Shown here: one piece after another, positions 18,971-27,843 of the stretch
How positions within the stretch are numbered: position 1 is the stretch's first letter
How the letters are laid out: each line of letters begins with the position of its first letter
Assembly: GCA_029570835.1 (NCBI GenBank)
Contig: JAKPTX010000089.1
Location: 34,637 to 98,636 of the forward strand
Direction: 5' to 3'
Origin: Bacteroidota bacterium
GTDB taxonomy: Bacteria > Bacteroidota > Bacteroidia > Bacteroidales > WCHB1-69
DNA length: 64,000 nucleotides
The notes under the pieces: generated by a model
The model's input: only the letters and a program-made list of their open reading frames with translations
What the model was told of the DNA's origin: nothing
The model's database searches: none
Program-made: the position numbers and the translations under genes

Positions 18971-18978
18971 CAAAAGTA
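18971..18978 (-). promoter_or_regulatory. Bacteroidota -7 promoter box (TActTTTG on minus strand)
   Basis: rc of CAAAAGTA, about 66 nt upstream of the proposed infC ATT start. Confidence 0.45.
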
Positions 18979-19244
18979 CGAAAAAAAATGATAAATTTTG
19001 TAAAAATGTTTTTGAATAGGAAAATTTTAATAAAATATTGATAATAAACAAGATAGAACAATTTGGGTTTCTTTATGAATTATTTTTTTTAAATGCGTGT
19101 TAACAAAAATGGGATTTTAGGATGAAAAACTGATGGTATAATGAGTAATTTTAACTTTAAAAGTATAGCGAATTGATTGTAAAATTAACAATTGATTGTT
19201 AAAAACAATAGGTTGAACTAAGCCAAACAATCATACTAATCTAA

Positions 19245-19252
19245 TAACTTTG
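19245..19252 (+). promoter_or_regulatory. Bacteroidota -7 promoter box (TAacTTTG)
   Basis: 22 nt upstream of the ATG at 19274. It overlaps the longer track ORF start, which favours the internal start. Confidence 0.5.
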
Positions 19253-19273
19253 CACGTTGAATCTTATTGTATT

Positions 19274-20254
19274 ATGATAAAAGTTGCAATTTTTGCCGGA
19301 GGAAATTCCGGAGAACATGACATATCAGTTAAAACAGGGTTAAATATTGAGGCAACACTTGATAAAAATCAATTTATTCCTTACTTGATTTACGTGGAAG
19401 GTATAGATTGGATTTATCGGGATTCCAATGGGGCCCGGTATAAAATTGATAAAGATCGGTTTTGTTTGACTACACAAACGGAAGTCGTTTTTTTTGATGT
19501 TGTTTTTAATGCTATTCATGGTGATCCCGGAGAGAATGGGAAACTCCAGTCTTACTTTGAGATGATGAACATCAAATATACCGGATGTGACAGTTTTGTC
19601 TCTGCGTTGACATTCAATAAGTATTTTTGTAATAGCATCGTTTCCCAATGGGGAGTACCTGTCGCAAAATCGTGTCATTTTTATCAAGGAGAGGAGATAG
19701 ATTATGACGCAGTAATTGAACAATGTGGTTTACCTTGTTTTGTGAAACCTTGTAACTCCGGTTCCAGTGTGGGGGTGAATAAAGCTCATGACTTGGATGA
19801 ACTCAAGCAGTTTATAGAGTTGGCATTTGAAGTGGATCACCAAATTATGGTTGAGCAGTTTATTCCGGGGAGAGAGATGACATGCGGAGTAACATTGTAT
19901 CAGGGGGAGATCAGTGCTTTGGCGGTATCTGAAATTCTTTCCAAAAAGGAGTTTTATGATTTTGAAGCCAAATATACTCCCGGTTTTTTAGAGGTGGTAA
20001 CACCGGCTGAGATAAATATTGAATTGGAAAAAAAGATTAAAGAGTATTCAGAATTGATATATAAACGATTTGGTTGTAAGGGGGTTGTGAGAATTGATTA
20101 TATAGTAACTCCGGGTGGAACCCCATACTTTTTAGAGATCAACACCATTCCGGGTCAGACAGCGGTAAGTTTAATTCCCCGGCAATTGAAATATAATGGC
20201 ATCGATCTGATCGATTTTTATGGATCTTTAATTATGGAAGCATTACAATCTTAA
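19274..20254 (+). CDS. ddl: D-alanine--D-alanine ligase
   Basis: MIKVAIFAGGNSGEHDISV..., ATP-grasp core, LEINTIPGQT near the C-terminus. Confidence 0.9.
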   Translation: MIKVAIFAGGNSGEHDISVKTGLNIEATLDKNQFIPYLIYVEGIDWIYRDSNGARYKIDKDRFCLTTQTEVVFFDVVFNAIHGDPGENGKLQSYFEMMNIKYTGCDSFVSALTFNKYFCNSIVSQWGVPVAKSCHFYQGEEIDYDAVIEQCGLPCFVKPCNSGSSVGVNKAHDLDELKQFIELAFEVDHQIMVEQFIPGREMTCGVTLYQGEISALAVSEILSKKEFYDFEAKYTPGFLEVVTPAEINIELEKKIKEYSELIYKRFGCKGVVRIDYIVTPGGTPYFLEINTIPGQTAVSLIPRQLKYNGIDLIDFYGSLIMEALQS

Positions 20255-21309
20255 TGAGATTTTATAGTATGAAAAGAGTTGTTGTTTTTTTATTATTATC
20301 GAATTTTTTTGCTACCTTTGCCCAATATACGGAACAGGATATTAGAAATTATATTGAACAGTATCAAGATTTGGCTATTCGAAAAATGTATGAATATCAG
20401 ATCCCCGCGAGTATAACAATGGCACAAGGTGTTTTTGAAAGTGCTTGTGGAACAAGTCGATTAGCTCGGGAAGGGAACAATCACTTCGGAATCAAATGTC
20501 ATAAAGAGTGGGTTGGTGATACGATCAAAGTTGACGACGATACCTTACAAGAGTGTTTCAGGAGATATGAAAAGGTGGAGGATTCCTATAATGATCATTC
20601 GCTTTTTTTAACCAGCAGACCACGTTATGCCACTTTGTTTACTCTGGATATTATGGATTATAGGGGATGGGCGAGAGGACTAAAAGAAGCGGGTTATGCT
20701 ACCAATCCTCAATATGCAGATCGATTAATTAGTTTAATTGAAAGATTTGATCTTGCGAGATTGGATACTTTGTATCAGGAAAGAAATGAAATAGGTTGGT
20801 TTGAACTTCAACAGGTGGAAGTGGCAGATGAAATAGAAGAAGATAATGATAGTGATGAGGTTTTAGATCAGAAAGAGATTCGAGTTTCCCAATTTACTGT
20901 ATTTATTCCAAGAATTTCCAAATATAAAAAAGTAAAATATCCTTTTTCAACCAGACCGGTATATGAAAATAACAAAGTACTCTTTGTTGTTGCAAAAAAG
21001 GGAGATACTTATGCATCGATAGCTGCTGATATTCAAAGTGATGAGCAACGGATACGTTACTATAATGATGTTCCTGTAACCAAAGGGCTAGAACCGGGTG
21101 AGATTGTTTATATTGAGCAAAAAAGGGATGGTAATAATCAAGCAACGCATAGGGTCAATTCGGGGGAAACTTTGCATTTTATTTCTCAAAGATATGGAGT
21201 CAGGATTGCTTCTTTGATGAAATTGAACTCATTTTCAGAAAAAACAGTACTGGAACCCGGAATGATTGTGAATTTAAAAAAAGAGAAGTTTCGTCTCTTT
21301 AAAAAATAA
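20254..21309 (+). CDS. GH73 N-acetylglucosaminidase domain protein with C-terminal LysM repeats
   Basis: ASITMAQGVFESACGTSRLAREGNNHFGIKC and GYATNPQYADRLISLIERF are GH73 signatures and include the catalytic Glu. Two LysM-like segments follow (KKGDTYASIAADI..., VNSGETLHFISQRYGV...). Met6 (20269) is an alternative start. Confidence 0.75.
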   Translation: MRFYSMKRVVVFLLLSNFFATFAQYTEQDIRNYIEQYQDLAIRKMYEYQIPASITMAQGVFESACGTSRLAREGNNHFGIKCHKEWVGDTIKVDDDTLQECFRRYEKVEDSYNDHSLFLTSRPRYATLFTLDIMDYRGWARGLKEAGYATNPQYADRLISLIERFDLARLDTLYQERNEIGWFELQQVEVADEIEEDNDSDEVLDQKEIRVSQFTVFIPRISKYKKVKYPFSTRPVYENNKVLFVVAKKGDTYASIAADIQSDEQRIRYYNDVPVTKGLEPGEIVYIEQKRDGNNQATHRVNSGETLHFISQRYGVRIASLMKLNSFSEKTVLEPGMIVNLKKEKFRLFKK

Positions 21310-21330
21310 TTATAACAAAAAGGAGTAGTT

Positions 21331-22470
21331 ATGAAAAGAATAATATTATTTCTATTTGTATTGATTTTAATTCAAACCGGAATTGCTCAGTCGTTGGATC
21401 CCGAGGCTGTGCGTTCCTACGTTGATCAATACTCAACGATTGCTGTCGAAACGGGTAGAGATCACCATATTCCTTCCAGTATTTTATTGGCTCAGGCTAT
21501 GATCTACACGCGAGCGGGGACCAATCACTTAGCTCAGTTTGCTAATAACCATTTGGCGGTAACCTGTACAGCCGGAGATGTAAATAATCGTTATCATCAG
21601 GATAATAACACCCAAAATGTTTGTTTTCGCAAGTATGATCTGGTTCGGGATTCTTATACTGATTATGCGTTAAGAATCAAACAAAACAGCTTATATGACC
21701 CTCTTTTTGCATTATCAGAAACAGATTACAGAGGATGGGCCGAGGGTTTACAGCGAATCGGACATTCGCAACGGGCTCAATATGGCGCTTTATTAATTTC
21801 ATTGATAGAGACTTATAATTTGTATCGTTTTGACAAAGGTTATGAGCCGGTGGTGGAAGAAAAGGAGATCAAGAGTAAAGTGGAGCAACAGCAGAATCGA
21901 GAAGGGTTAAGAAATGACCAAGGAGGTGAGGCTGTCCTGCCCCCTGATTTTATTTCTTCAAAAAAAGAAGAACCAAAAGAAGTTGAAATGCAGATTCAAG
22001 TTGTGATTGACGATGAATTAATTCAAGAATATCAATTGGAACCGGTAGACACGGCAACTCAAAAAGAAGTACAAGCTAAAGTGTATGTAATTACGGATCC
22101 AAGTGATTTAGAAGAAGTTTATTATCCTTATTCTGATCGAACAGTGTATGTTAAAGATGGATTAAAGTTCGTAATTGCCATCAAGGGGGATTCTTTTGCC
22201 AAGATTTCCAAGTCGGTGCAGCTTCCGGAAACGCATTTGAGATTGTATAATGACATTTATGATTATAAATACCAACCCGTTGAAGGTGAGGTAGTTTACA
22301 TTCAAAAAAAGAAAAAAAAGTGCAAAGTAGAGTTTCATACGATAGAATATGGGGAGTCATTGCGCTATATTTCTCAGTTGTACGGAATTAGATTGGAGAA
22401 AATATTAGATAAAAATGAAAGTAGCAACATAGGTGTAGGCTATATTTTGTGTATTTCTTGTAAAAAATAG
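21331..22470 (+). CDS. GH73-like/LysM paralog with degenerate active site
   Basis: Same architecture as the upstream gene, but the catalytic-Glu motif reads SSILLAQAMIYTRAGTN (E replaced by Y), NNHFGIK reads NNHLAVT, and YATNPQY reads HSQRAQY. Confidence 0.6.
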   Translation: MKRIILFLFVLILIQTGIAQSLDPEAVRSYVDQYSTIAVETGRDHHIPSSILLAQAMIYTRAGTNHLAQFANNHLAVTCTAGDVNNRYHQDNNTQNVCFRKYDLVRDSYTDYALRIKQNSLYDPLFALSETDYRGWAEGLQRIGHSQRAQYGALLISLIETYNLYRFDKGYEPVVEEKEIKSKVEQQQNREGLRNDQGGEAVLPPDFISSKKEEPKEVEMQIQVVIDDELIQEYQLEPVDTATQKEVQAKVYVITDPSDLEEVYYPYSDRTVYVKDGLKFVIAIKGDSFAKISKSVQLPETHLRLYNDIYDYKYQPVEGEVVYIQKKKKKCKVEFHTIEYGESLRYISQLYGIRLEKILDKNESSNIGVGYILCISCKK

Positions 22471-22473
22471 AGT

Positions 22474-23436
22474 ATGGCGAAAACCTTCTATTATTTTAAT
22501 CCATCAACACTTTCTTTTGAAAAAGCAGAGTTCAAATTCAAAGATTTCATCAAAAGAACGCTTTGGCTGATTGCTACTGCGCTCGCTTTTGCATTGGTGT
22601 TTGTTTGGATCTCTTTTTATGTCATCGACTCACCTAAAGAGAGGATGTTACAGAGAGAAAATAATGAGTTAAAGCAACAATTAAAACAAACAGCCAAAAA
22701 AATAAATATGCTTGAAATTGTTCTTCAGGATATTCAAGATCGTGATGACCAAGTATATAGATCCATTTTTGAGGCGGAACCGGTACCGATTGAGATCCGT
22801 AATCCTGTATTGAGTCAAAACAGGAAATATGAGTATATTTCTGAGAATGAAACATTAGAATTGCTTAATATTATCTCAGAGAAGGTCGATTTATTGACGC
22901 TTCGAATTGATTTGGAGAGAAAATCATTAGATACGGTCATGTCGATGGTTAAGAATAAAAGTGACATGTTGCAGGCGATACCTGCTATTCGTCCTATTAA
23001 AAACATGTATAATGTAACATCCGGTTTTGGACGACGATATCACCCTATTTTAAAGATACTTAGAATGCATACCGGGATCGATATTGCAGCACCAAGGGGA
23101 ACACCGGTGTATGCTACCGCAGATGGTGTGGTTTCGAGAGAAGCAGCAGGTTCGGGATATGGAATTACAGTGATTTTGAATCATGGTTACTCCTACAAAA
23201 CAGTGTATGCTCACTTATCTAAAAGAGCAGTAAGACCGGGACAAAAAGTAAAAAGAGGGGAAATTATTGGTTATGTTGGGAGTACAGGTTTATCTATGGG
23301 GTCTCACTTACATTATGAGGTATTAAAAGGTGGAATTCCTGTGAATCCGGTTCACTATTTCTTTAGTGATATTACCCCTCAGGAGTATGAAGCGATTTTA
23401 GAATCATCCAAAAAAATTAATCAAGCACTTTCTTAA
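22474..23436 (+). CDS. M23-family metallopeptidase (membrane-anchored, coiled-coil)
   Basis: N-terminal TM, coiled coil, HTGIDIAAPRGTPVYATADGVV and GSHLHYEV (HxxxD / HxH zinc ligands). Confidence 0.85.
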   Translation: MAKTFYYFNPSTLSFEKAEFKFKDFIKRTLWLIATALAFALVFVWISFYVIDSPKERMLQRENNELKQQLKQTAKKINMLEIVLQDIQDRDDQVYRSIFEAEPVPIEIRNPVLSQNRKYEYISENETLELLNIISEKVDLLTLRIDLERKSLDTVMSMVKNKSDMLQAIPAIRPIKNMYNVTSGFGRRYHPILKILRMHTGIDIAAPRGTPVYATADGVVSREAAGSGYGITVILNHGYSYKTVYAHLSKRAVRPGQKVKRGEIIGYVGSTGLSMGSHLHYEVLKGGIPVNPVHYFFSDITPQEYEAILESSKKINQALS

Positions 23437-23445
23437 ATTGGGATT

Positions 23446-24348
23446 ATGAAATTTAGATTTAGACATATCAAGAAAGCCTGGGGTGCTATAAGAAGGAATT
23501 GGAAAGTCAATCATAGATTGGTCATTTTGGATGAATCGACACATGCACGTGTGTTTGATTTTAAGCTGAATCCCAGAACTCTTTTTGTTGTGGTTACACT
23601 GGCAGCGTTTTTCTTAATTTTTCTCACTGCGATATTGATTGCTTTTACACCATTGCGTGTCTATGTTCCCGGATATACCAATCCCGATGAGTATAGAACC
23701 TATAAAAGAATGGCATATCGTGTTGATTCTTTAGAGAATTTGTTACGACAAAATCAAATATATCTTGACAATTTTGTTAATGTTATGAATGATCATGTTG
23801 ATGTTGTCGAAGTTGAAGAGGAGGCGGAAAAGGTAGAATCCCATTTGAAAGTATCTCAAAAAGAGTTAGAGAAAGCATCAGCTCAATTAGATCAGGAGGT
23901 GGAACATATCTTGATGGAAATCAGTGACAAAAGCACAAGATCTTCTATTCCACTCAGTGAAAAGGCGTCGATTGCAACTTTGACGATCAGTCCACCCTCG
24001 ATGGGGGTTGTCAAAAGATCTTATTCACCTACGGAACAACATTATGGGATAGATATATACAATGCAGCCGGAACCATTATCAGTTCGGTGGCAGATGGCA
24101 AAGTATTGCTTACCGGTTATTCACCTGAGGATGGATACTATATCATAATTCAACATCCGGGAGAGATTATTTCGATTTACAAAAGTGTGGAATCCATTTT
24201 AAAACGGAGAGGAGATCCGGTATATATCGGAGAGCCTATCGCTTTAATGGGAAAGAGTGGACCGGAATCCAAAATGCCCCATCTGCATTTCGAACTGTGG
24301 TTTCATGGAGTTCCCATTAATCCTTTGGAATATTTATCGATCAATTAA
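23446..24348 (+). CDS. M23-family metallopeptidase paralog
   Basis: N-terminal TM, HYGIDIYNAAGTIISSVADGKV and MPHLHFELW. Confidence 0.75.
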   Translation: MKFRFRHIKKAWGAIRRNWKVNHRLVILDESTHARVFDFKLNPRTLFVVVTLAAFFLIFLTAILIAFTPLRVYVPGYTNPDEYRTYKRMAYRVDSLENLLRQNQIYLDNFVNVMNDHVDVVEVEEEAEKVESHLKVSQKELEKASAQLDQEVEHILMEISDKSTRSSIPLSEKASIATLTISPPSMGVVKRSYSPTEQHYGIDIYNAAGTIISSVADGKVLLTGYSPEDGYYIIIQHPGEIISIYKSVESILKRRGDPVYIGEPIALMGKSGPESKMPHLHFELWFHGVPINPLEYLSIN

Positions 24349-24353
24349 AATTT

Positions 24354-25328
24354 ATGGAAAAAACAATCATTATAGATCCAACCATTGTATTGAGTATTTT
24401 CGGCAGGAATAATGCTCATATTAATCTATTGTCCGAAATCTATCCCAAAATTAAGATTACCGCTCGGGGTAATGAAATCAAATTGATCGGAGAGGAGAAA
24501 GAGATTGAAAATGTCGAAAAGAAGATCGAGTTGTTGATCATACATTTTGAAAAATTTGGAACCATCAATGAGAATGATATTCTCAATATCACTTCATCAG
24601 ATGAGTACGCTTTTTATCAATTTGACAAAAATAGTATTGTTGACGACGTGATTTTACATGGAAGGGAAGGAAGATTAATCAAGGCGATTACGCCCAATCA
24701 GAAAAGAATGGTTGAGAGTTCTCAGGTTAATGATATTGTTTTTGCGATTGGTCCTGCCGGTACGGGAAAGACCTATACTGCTGTGGCTCTGGCAGTTAGG
24801 GCGTTAAAAAACAAGCAGATTCGCAGAATTATTCTAACTCGTCCCGCAGTGGAAGCAGGAGAAAATCTAGGATTTTTGCCCGGCGATTTGAGAGATAAGT
24901 TAGACCCTTACTTACAACCTCTGTATGATGCTTTGTGGGATATGATGCCCATGTCCAAACTGTTGAGTTATCTGGAAGACAAAACCATTGAGATTGCGCC
25001 ATTGGCTTTTATGCGGGGTAGAACCCTGGATAATGCCTATGTGATTCTTGATGAAGCACAAAATGCGACAGAAGGGCAGATCAAGATGTTCTTAACGAGA
25101 ATGGGAAAAAATGCCAAGTTGTTCATTACCGGGGACTTAACCCAAATAGACCTTCCCAGAAATCAACAATCCGGTTTGGTGAAAGCTTGCAAAATATTGG
25201 AAAACATCAAGGGAATCGATTTTATATTTATGAAAAAAGTGGATGTGGTAAGACACCCGCTGGTAACAAAAATTATTGATGCTTTTGAAGAATGGTCACA
25301 CAAAGAGGAGAAAAAGGAAGATCAATGA
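24354..25328 (+). CDS. phoH: PhoH-family ATPase
   Basis: Walker A GPAGTGKTYTAVALAV, Walker B ILDEAQN, 324 aa. Confidence 0.9.
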   Translation: MEKTIIIDPTIVLSIFGRNNAHINLLSEIYPKIKITARGNEIKLIGEEKEIENVEKKIELLIIHFEKFGTINENDILNITSSDEYAFYQFDKNSIVDDVILHGREGRLIKAITPNQKRMVESSQVNDIVFAIGPAGTGKTYTAVALAVRALKNKQIRRIILTRPAVEAGENLGFLPGDLRDKLDPYLQPLYDALWDMMPMSKLLSYLEDKTIEIAPLAFMRGRTLDNAYVILDEAQNATEGQIKMFLTRMGKNAKLFITGDLTQIDLPRNQQSGLVKACKILENIKGIDFIFMKKVDVVRHPLVTKIIDAFEEWSHKEEKKEDQ

Positions 25329-26380
25329 GAGGGAGACGGTTATTATTGCCTTTTAGCTGGATATATGCTGCAATTGTAGGAATTCGACGTTGGTTATACC
25401 GAAAGGGATGGATCTCGTCCGCATCTTTTCCGGTTACAACCATTTGTGTCGGGAATTTAAAAGTTGGGGGCACCGGGAAAACCCCTCTGATTGAATATTT
25501 AGTGAAACTCACTTCTCCGCATTATAAAATTGCCATTTTGAGCAGAGGATATAGAAGGAAGAGTAAAGGGTATATTTTGTCCAATCAGCTGGCAGAACAT
25601 GAAAAGAACAGCGATATGTTGGGGGATGAACCTTTGCAATATGTTACTAAATTCACTTCTATACCGGTTGCGGTATCGGAAAAGAGAGCCGTTGGAATTC
25701 AAAGGTTGCTGGAAACCTATCCCGACCTGGATCTCATTTTGCTGGATGATGCATTTCAGCATTTGGCGGTGAACTATTCTCATAAAATTCTCTTAACGGA
25801 GTACGATGACCTTTATATCAACGATGTTCCGTTTCCTGCCGGTAATTTAAGAGAATCACGAAGGGTTGCCCGCCATGCGGATATGGTGGTGGTAACCAAA
25901 TCTCCGCAAAATTTGGATAAAGTACAGGCATCGGTGGTTGAAGAGAAATTGAAACTCAAACCGAATCAGTTGTTGTTCTTTTCAACCATTCAATATAACC
26001 CGTTAATTCCTTTAACAGAGAGTGCCGGCAATCTGGAACTGGATACGATTAAGGAAGTGGTTGTTGTAACAGGTATCGCCAATTCAAGAAACTTATTAAA
26101 ATACCTGGAAAATTCATTTTCAAAAATCGTATTGTTTGATTTTCCGGATCACTACATATACACCGAAAAGGATCTAGAAAAAATCCATAATTTTTATACC
26201 AAATGTTGCCATAAAAATGCAATTATCGTTACAACTGAGAAAGATTGGATGAGGTTGAAGGGAATTCAACAAAATTGTTTATCTTTGCTCCCGTTCTTTT
26301 TACAGCCGATAGAGGTTCAGATTGTATACGAAGAGGAACTATTTAAATCAAAAATTGAAGAATATGTACGAAAAAATTAA
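25325..26380 (+). CDS. lpxK: Tetraacyldisaccharide 4'-kinase
   Basis: VGNLKVGGTGKTPLIEYL P-loop, ILSRGYRRKS. Start placed at the ATGA overlap with the phoH stop (Met12 of the track ORF). Confidence 0.85.
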   Translation: MRGRRLLLPFSWIYAAIVGIRRWLYRKGWISSASFPVTTICVGNLKVGGTGKTPLIEYLVKLTSPHYKIAILSRGYRRKSKGYILSNQLAEHEKNSDMLGDEPLQYVTKFTSIPVAVSEKRAVGIQRLLETYPDLDLILLDDAFQHLAVNYSHKILLTEYDDLYINDVPFPAGNLRESRRVARHADMVVVTKSPQNLDKVQASVVEEKLKLKPNQLLFFSTIQYNPLIPLTESAGNLELDTIKEVVVVTGIANSRNLLKYLENSFSKIVLFDFPDHYIYTEKDLEKIHNFYTKCCHKNAIIVTTEKDWMRLKGIQQNCLSLLPFFLQPIEVQIVYEEELFKSKIEEYVRKN

Positions 26381-27176
26381 AGAAAGTGTAAGTTTTTTAA
26401 AACCACAATATCATACTCATCCCAAGATTGCAATTATTTTAGGTTCAGGATTGGGCGGTTTGGTTGATCATCTTGATATCGAAGTAGAAATTCCCTACGC
26501 TGAAATTCCATATTTTCCGGTGTCCACTGTCAAAGGGCACAGAGGCAGTTTGGTTTTTGGAAAAATGAACGGAGTGGATATTGTTGTGCTTTCCGGTAGA
26601 TTTCACTACTACGAAGGCTATACCATGAAGGAGGTAACTTATCCCATCCAGGTTTTAAAAGAGATGGGCGTTGAAATATTGATTCTGTCCAATGCTGCCG
26701 GAGGAATGAATCCTTCTTTCAAGGTGGGCGATATCATGATTATTAAAGATCATATCAACATGATGGGTGATAATCCTCTTTTAGGTCCTAACGACGACCG
26801 CATGGGAGTTCGTTTTCTGGATATGAGTGAACCCTATTCGAAAAGAATCCAAAAAATTGCATTTGAAACCGGAAAAACGCTACAACTCCATTTACAACAG
26901 GGCGTTTATGTAGGGGTTTCAGGTCCTTGCTTTGAAACACCTGCCGAGTATAAAGCTTTTTATATTTTAGGAGGAGATGCAGTCGGCATGTCCACCGTTC
27001 CGGAAGCTATTGTTGCCCGTCACAGAAAGATGGAAGTGTTTGCTTTGTCCGTAATTACCGATTTGGGTGTTGTGGGACAAGTAGAAAAAGTATCCCATGA
27101 AGAGGTATTAATAGCCGCCAAAGAAGCCGGACCCAGAATGGTTGATTTGGTGTATAATATGTTGCCTCAATTGTAG
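26364..27176 (+). CDS. Purine nucleoside phosphorylase (trimeric PNP-I type)
   Basis: ILGSGLGGL, VLSGRFHYYEGY, GMSTVPEAIVARH. Start at Met15 of the track ORF (MYEKIKESV). Confidence 0.88.
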   Translation: MYEKIKESVSFLKPQYHTHPKIAIILGSGLGGLVDHLDIEVEIPYAEIPYFPVSTVKGHRGSLVFGKMNGVDIVVLSGRFHYYEGYTMKEVTYPIQVLKEMGVEILILSNAAGGMNPSFKVGDIMIIKDHINMMGDNPLLGPNDDRMGVRFLDMSEPYSKRIQKIAFETGKTLQLHLQQGVYVGVSGPCFETPAEYKAFYILGGDAVGMSTVPEAIVARHRKMEVFALSVITDLGVVGQVEKVSHEEVLIAAKEAGPRMVDLVYNMLPQL

Positions 27177-27583
27177 ATTCGAAGTCGGATACCATCAAAG
27201 GCTGTACGATAAGTATATAACGGATTGACTGCCGGTCCGTTGACTATATTCCCGTCCAAAATATTGAATCGGGAGCCACAAAGTGTACATTGAAGGGTGA
27301 GTCCGCTATCTTCAACCCAAATCCATGAATCCGGATGTTGCCAATCGTGAGGACAAGCCCTGTCATAACACACGAACATATTCTCAGCAACCCGGTAAAC
27401 CACCAATCCATTCACCCCTCCGGTCAAATAAACGTAGCCACCATAATTGAGCAGGTTTTGATACCGAATATCATCGAGGTAAATAAAAAAATCGACCTTT
27501 CGCGTTGGAATTGTGGGATGAACATACTCTCCACAAGAGTTCAAAAGGAACAAAAAAGCGAAAAAAGGCAGCAATTTTTTCAT
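27167..27583 (-). CDS. Small lipoprotein with Rieske-like (degenerate) domain
   Basis: MKKLLPFFAFLFLLNSCGEY (lipobox). CPHDW...CTLCGSRF resembles a Rieske fold, but the second CxxH box lacks the His. Function unknown. Confidence 0.4.
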   Translation of the reverse strand: MKKLLPFFAFLFLLNSCGEYVHPTIPTRKVDFFIYLDDIRYQNLLNYGGYVYLTGGVNGLVVYRVAENMFVCYDRACPHDWQHPDSWIWVEDSGLTLQCTLCGSRFNILDGNIVNGPAVNPLYTYRTAFDGIRLRIYN

Positions 27584-27663
27584 TATCAAAAGGATTATCC
27601 GACTATAACGTGTTTCGTTCAACTTTTATTTTCTTTTTTTGCCGAATCTATCGAAAAAAATTA

Positions 27664-27671
27664 TATCTTTG
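27664..27671 (+). promoter_or_regulatory. Bacteroidota -7 promoter box (TAtcTTTG) with TTTG 22 nt upstream
   Basis: Matches TAnnTTTG, with a possible -33 TTTG at 27638-27641. The next plus-strand start is 27844, which implies an about 165-nt leader containing the repeat element. Confidence 0.4.
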
Positions 27672-27704
27672 AGAGTTGATTTTTTAGTTGTTTTTTTTGG
27701 AAAT

Positions 27705-27762
27705 AAAAAAAATTAGGGGGCAGCATAGAGGGTGACTTTTTAGTTGTGTTTTTCCCCCACTC
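27705..27762. repeat. Dispersed intergenic element, copy 1 (A-run / AGGGGGCAG / CTTTTTAGTT / CCCCACTC blocks)
   Basis: Shares three ordered blocks with 50073-50128. The G5 (27716-27720) and C5 (27754-27758) tracts could pair. Confidence 0.6.
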
Positions 27763-27794
27763 GGAAGCATTAAACGCTTTGGATATGCAGGATC

Positions 27795-27815
27795 AATTAC
27801 GAATTACGAATTACG
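27795..27815. repeat. Tandem heptamer array (AATTACG x3)
   Basis: Read directly. The sequence CAATTACGAATTA recurs in reverse orientation at 49988-50003. Confidence 0.8.
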
Positions 27816-27843
27816 GAATCGGGATTAATTAAAAACAAACGAT

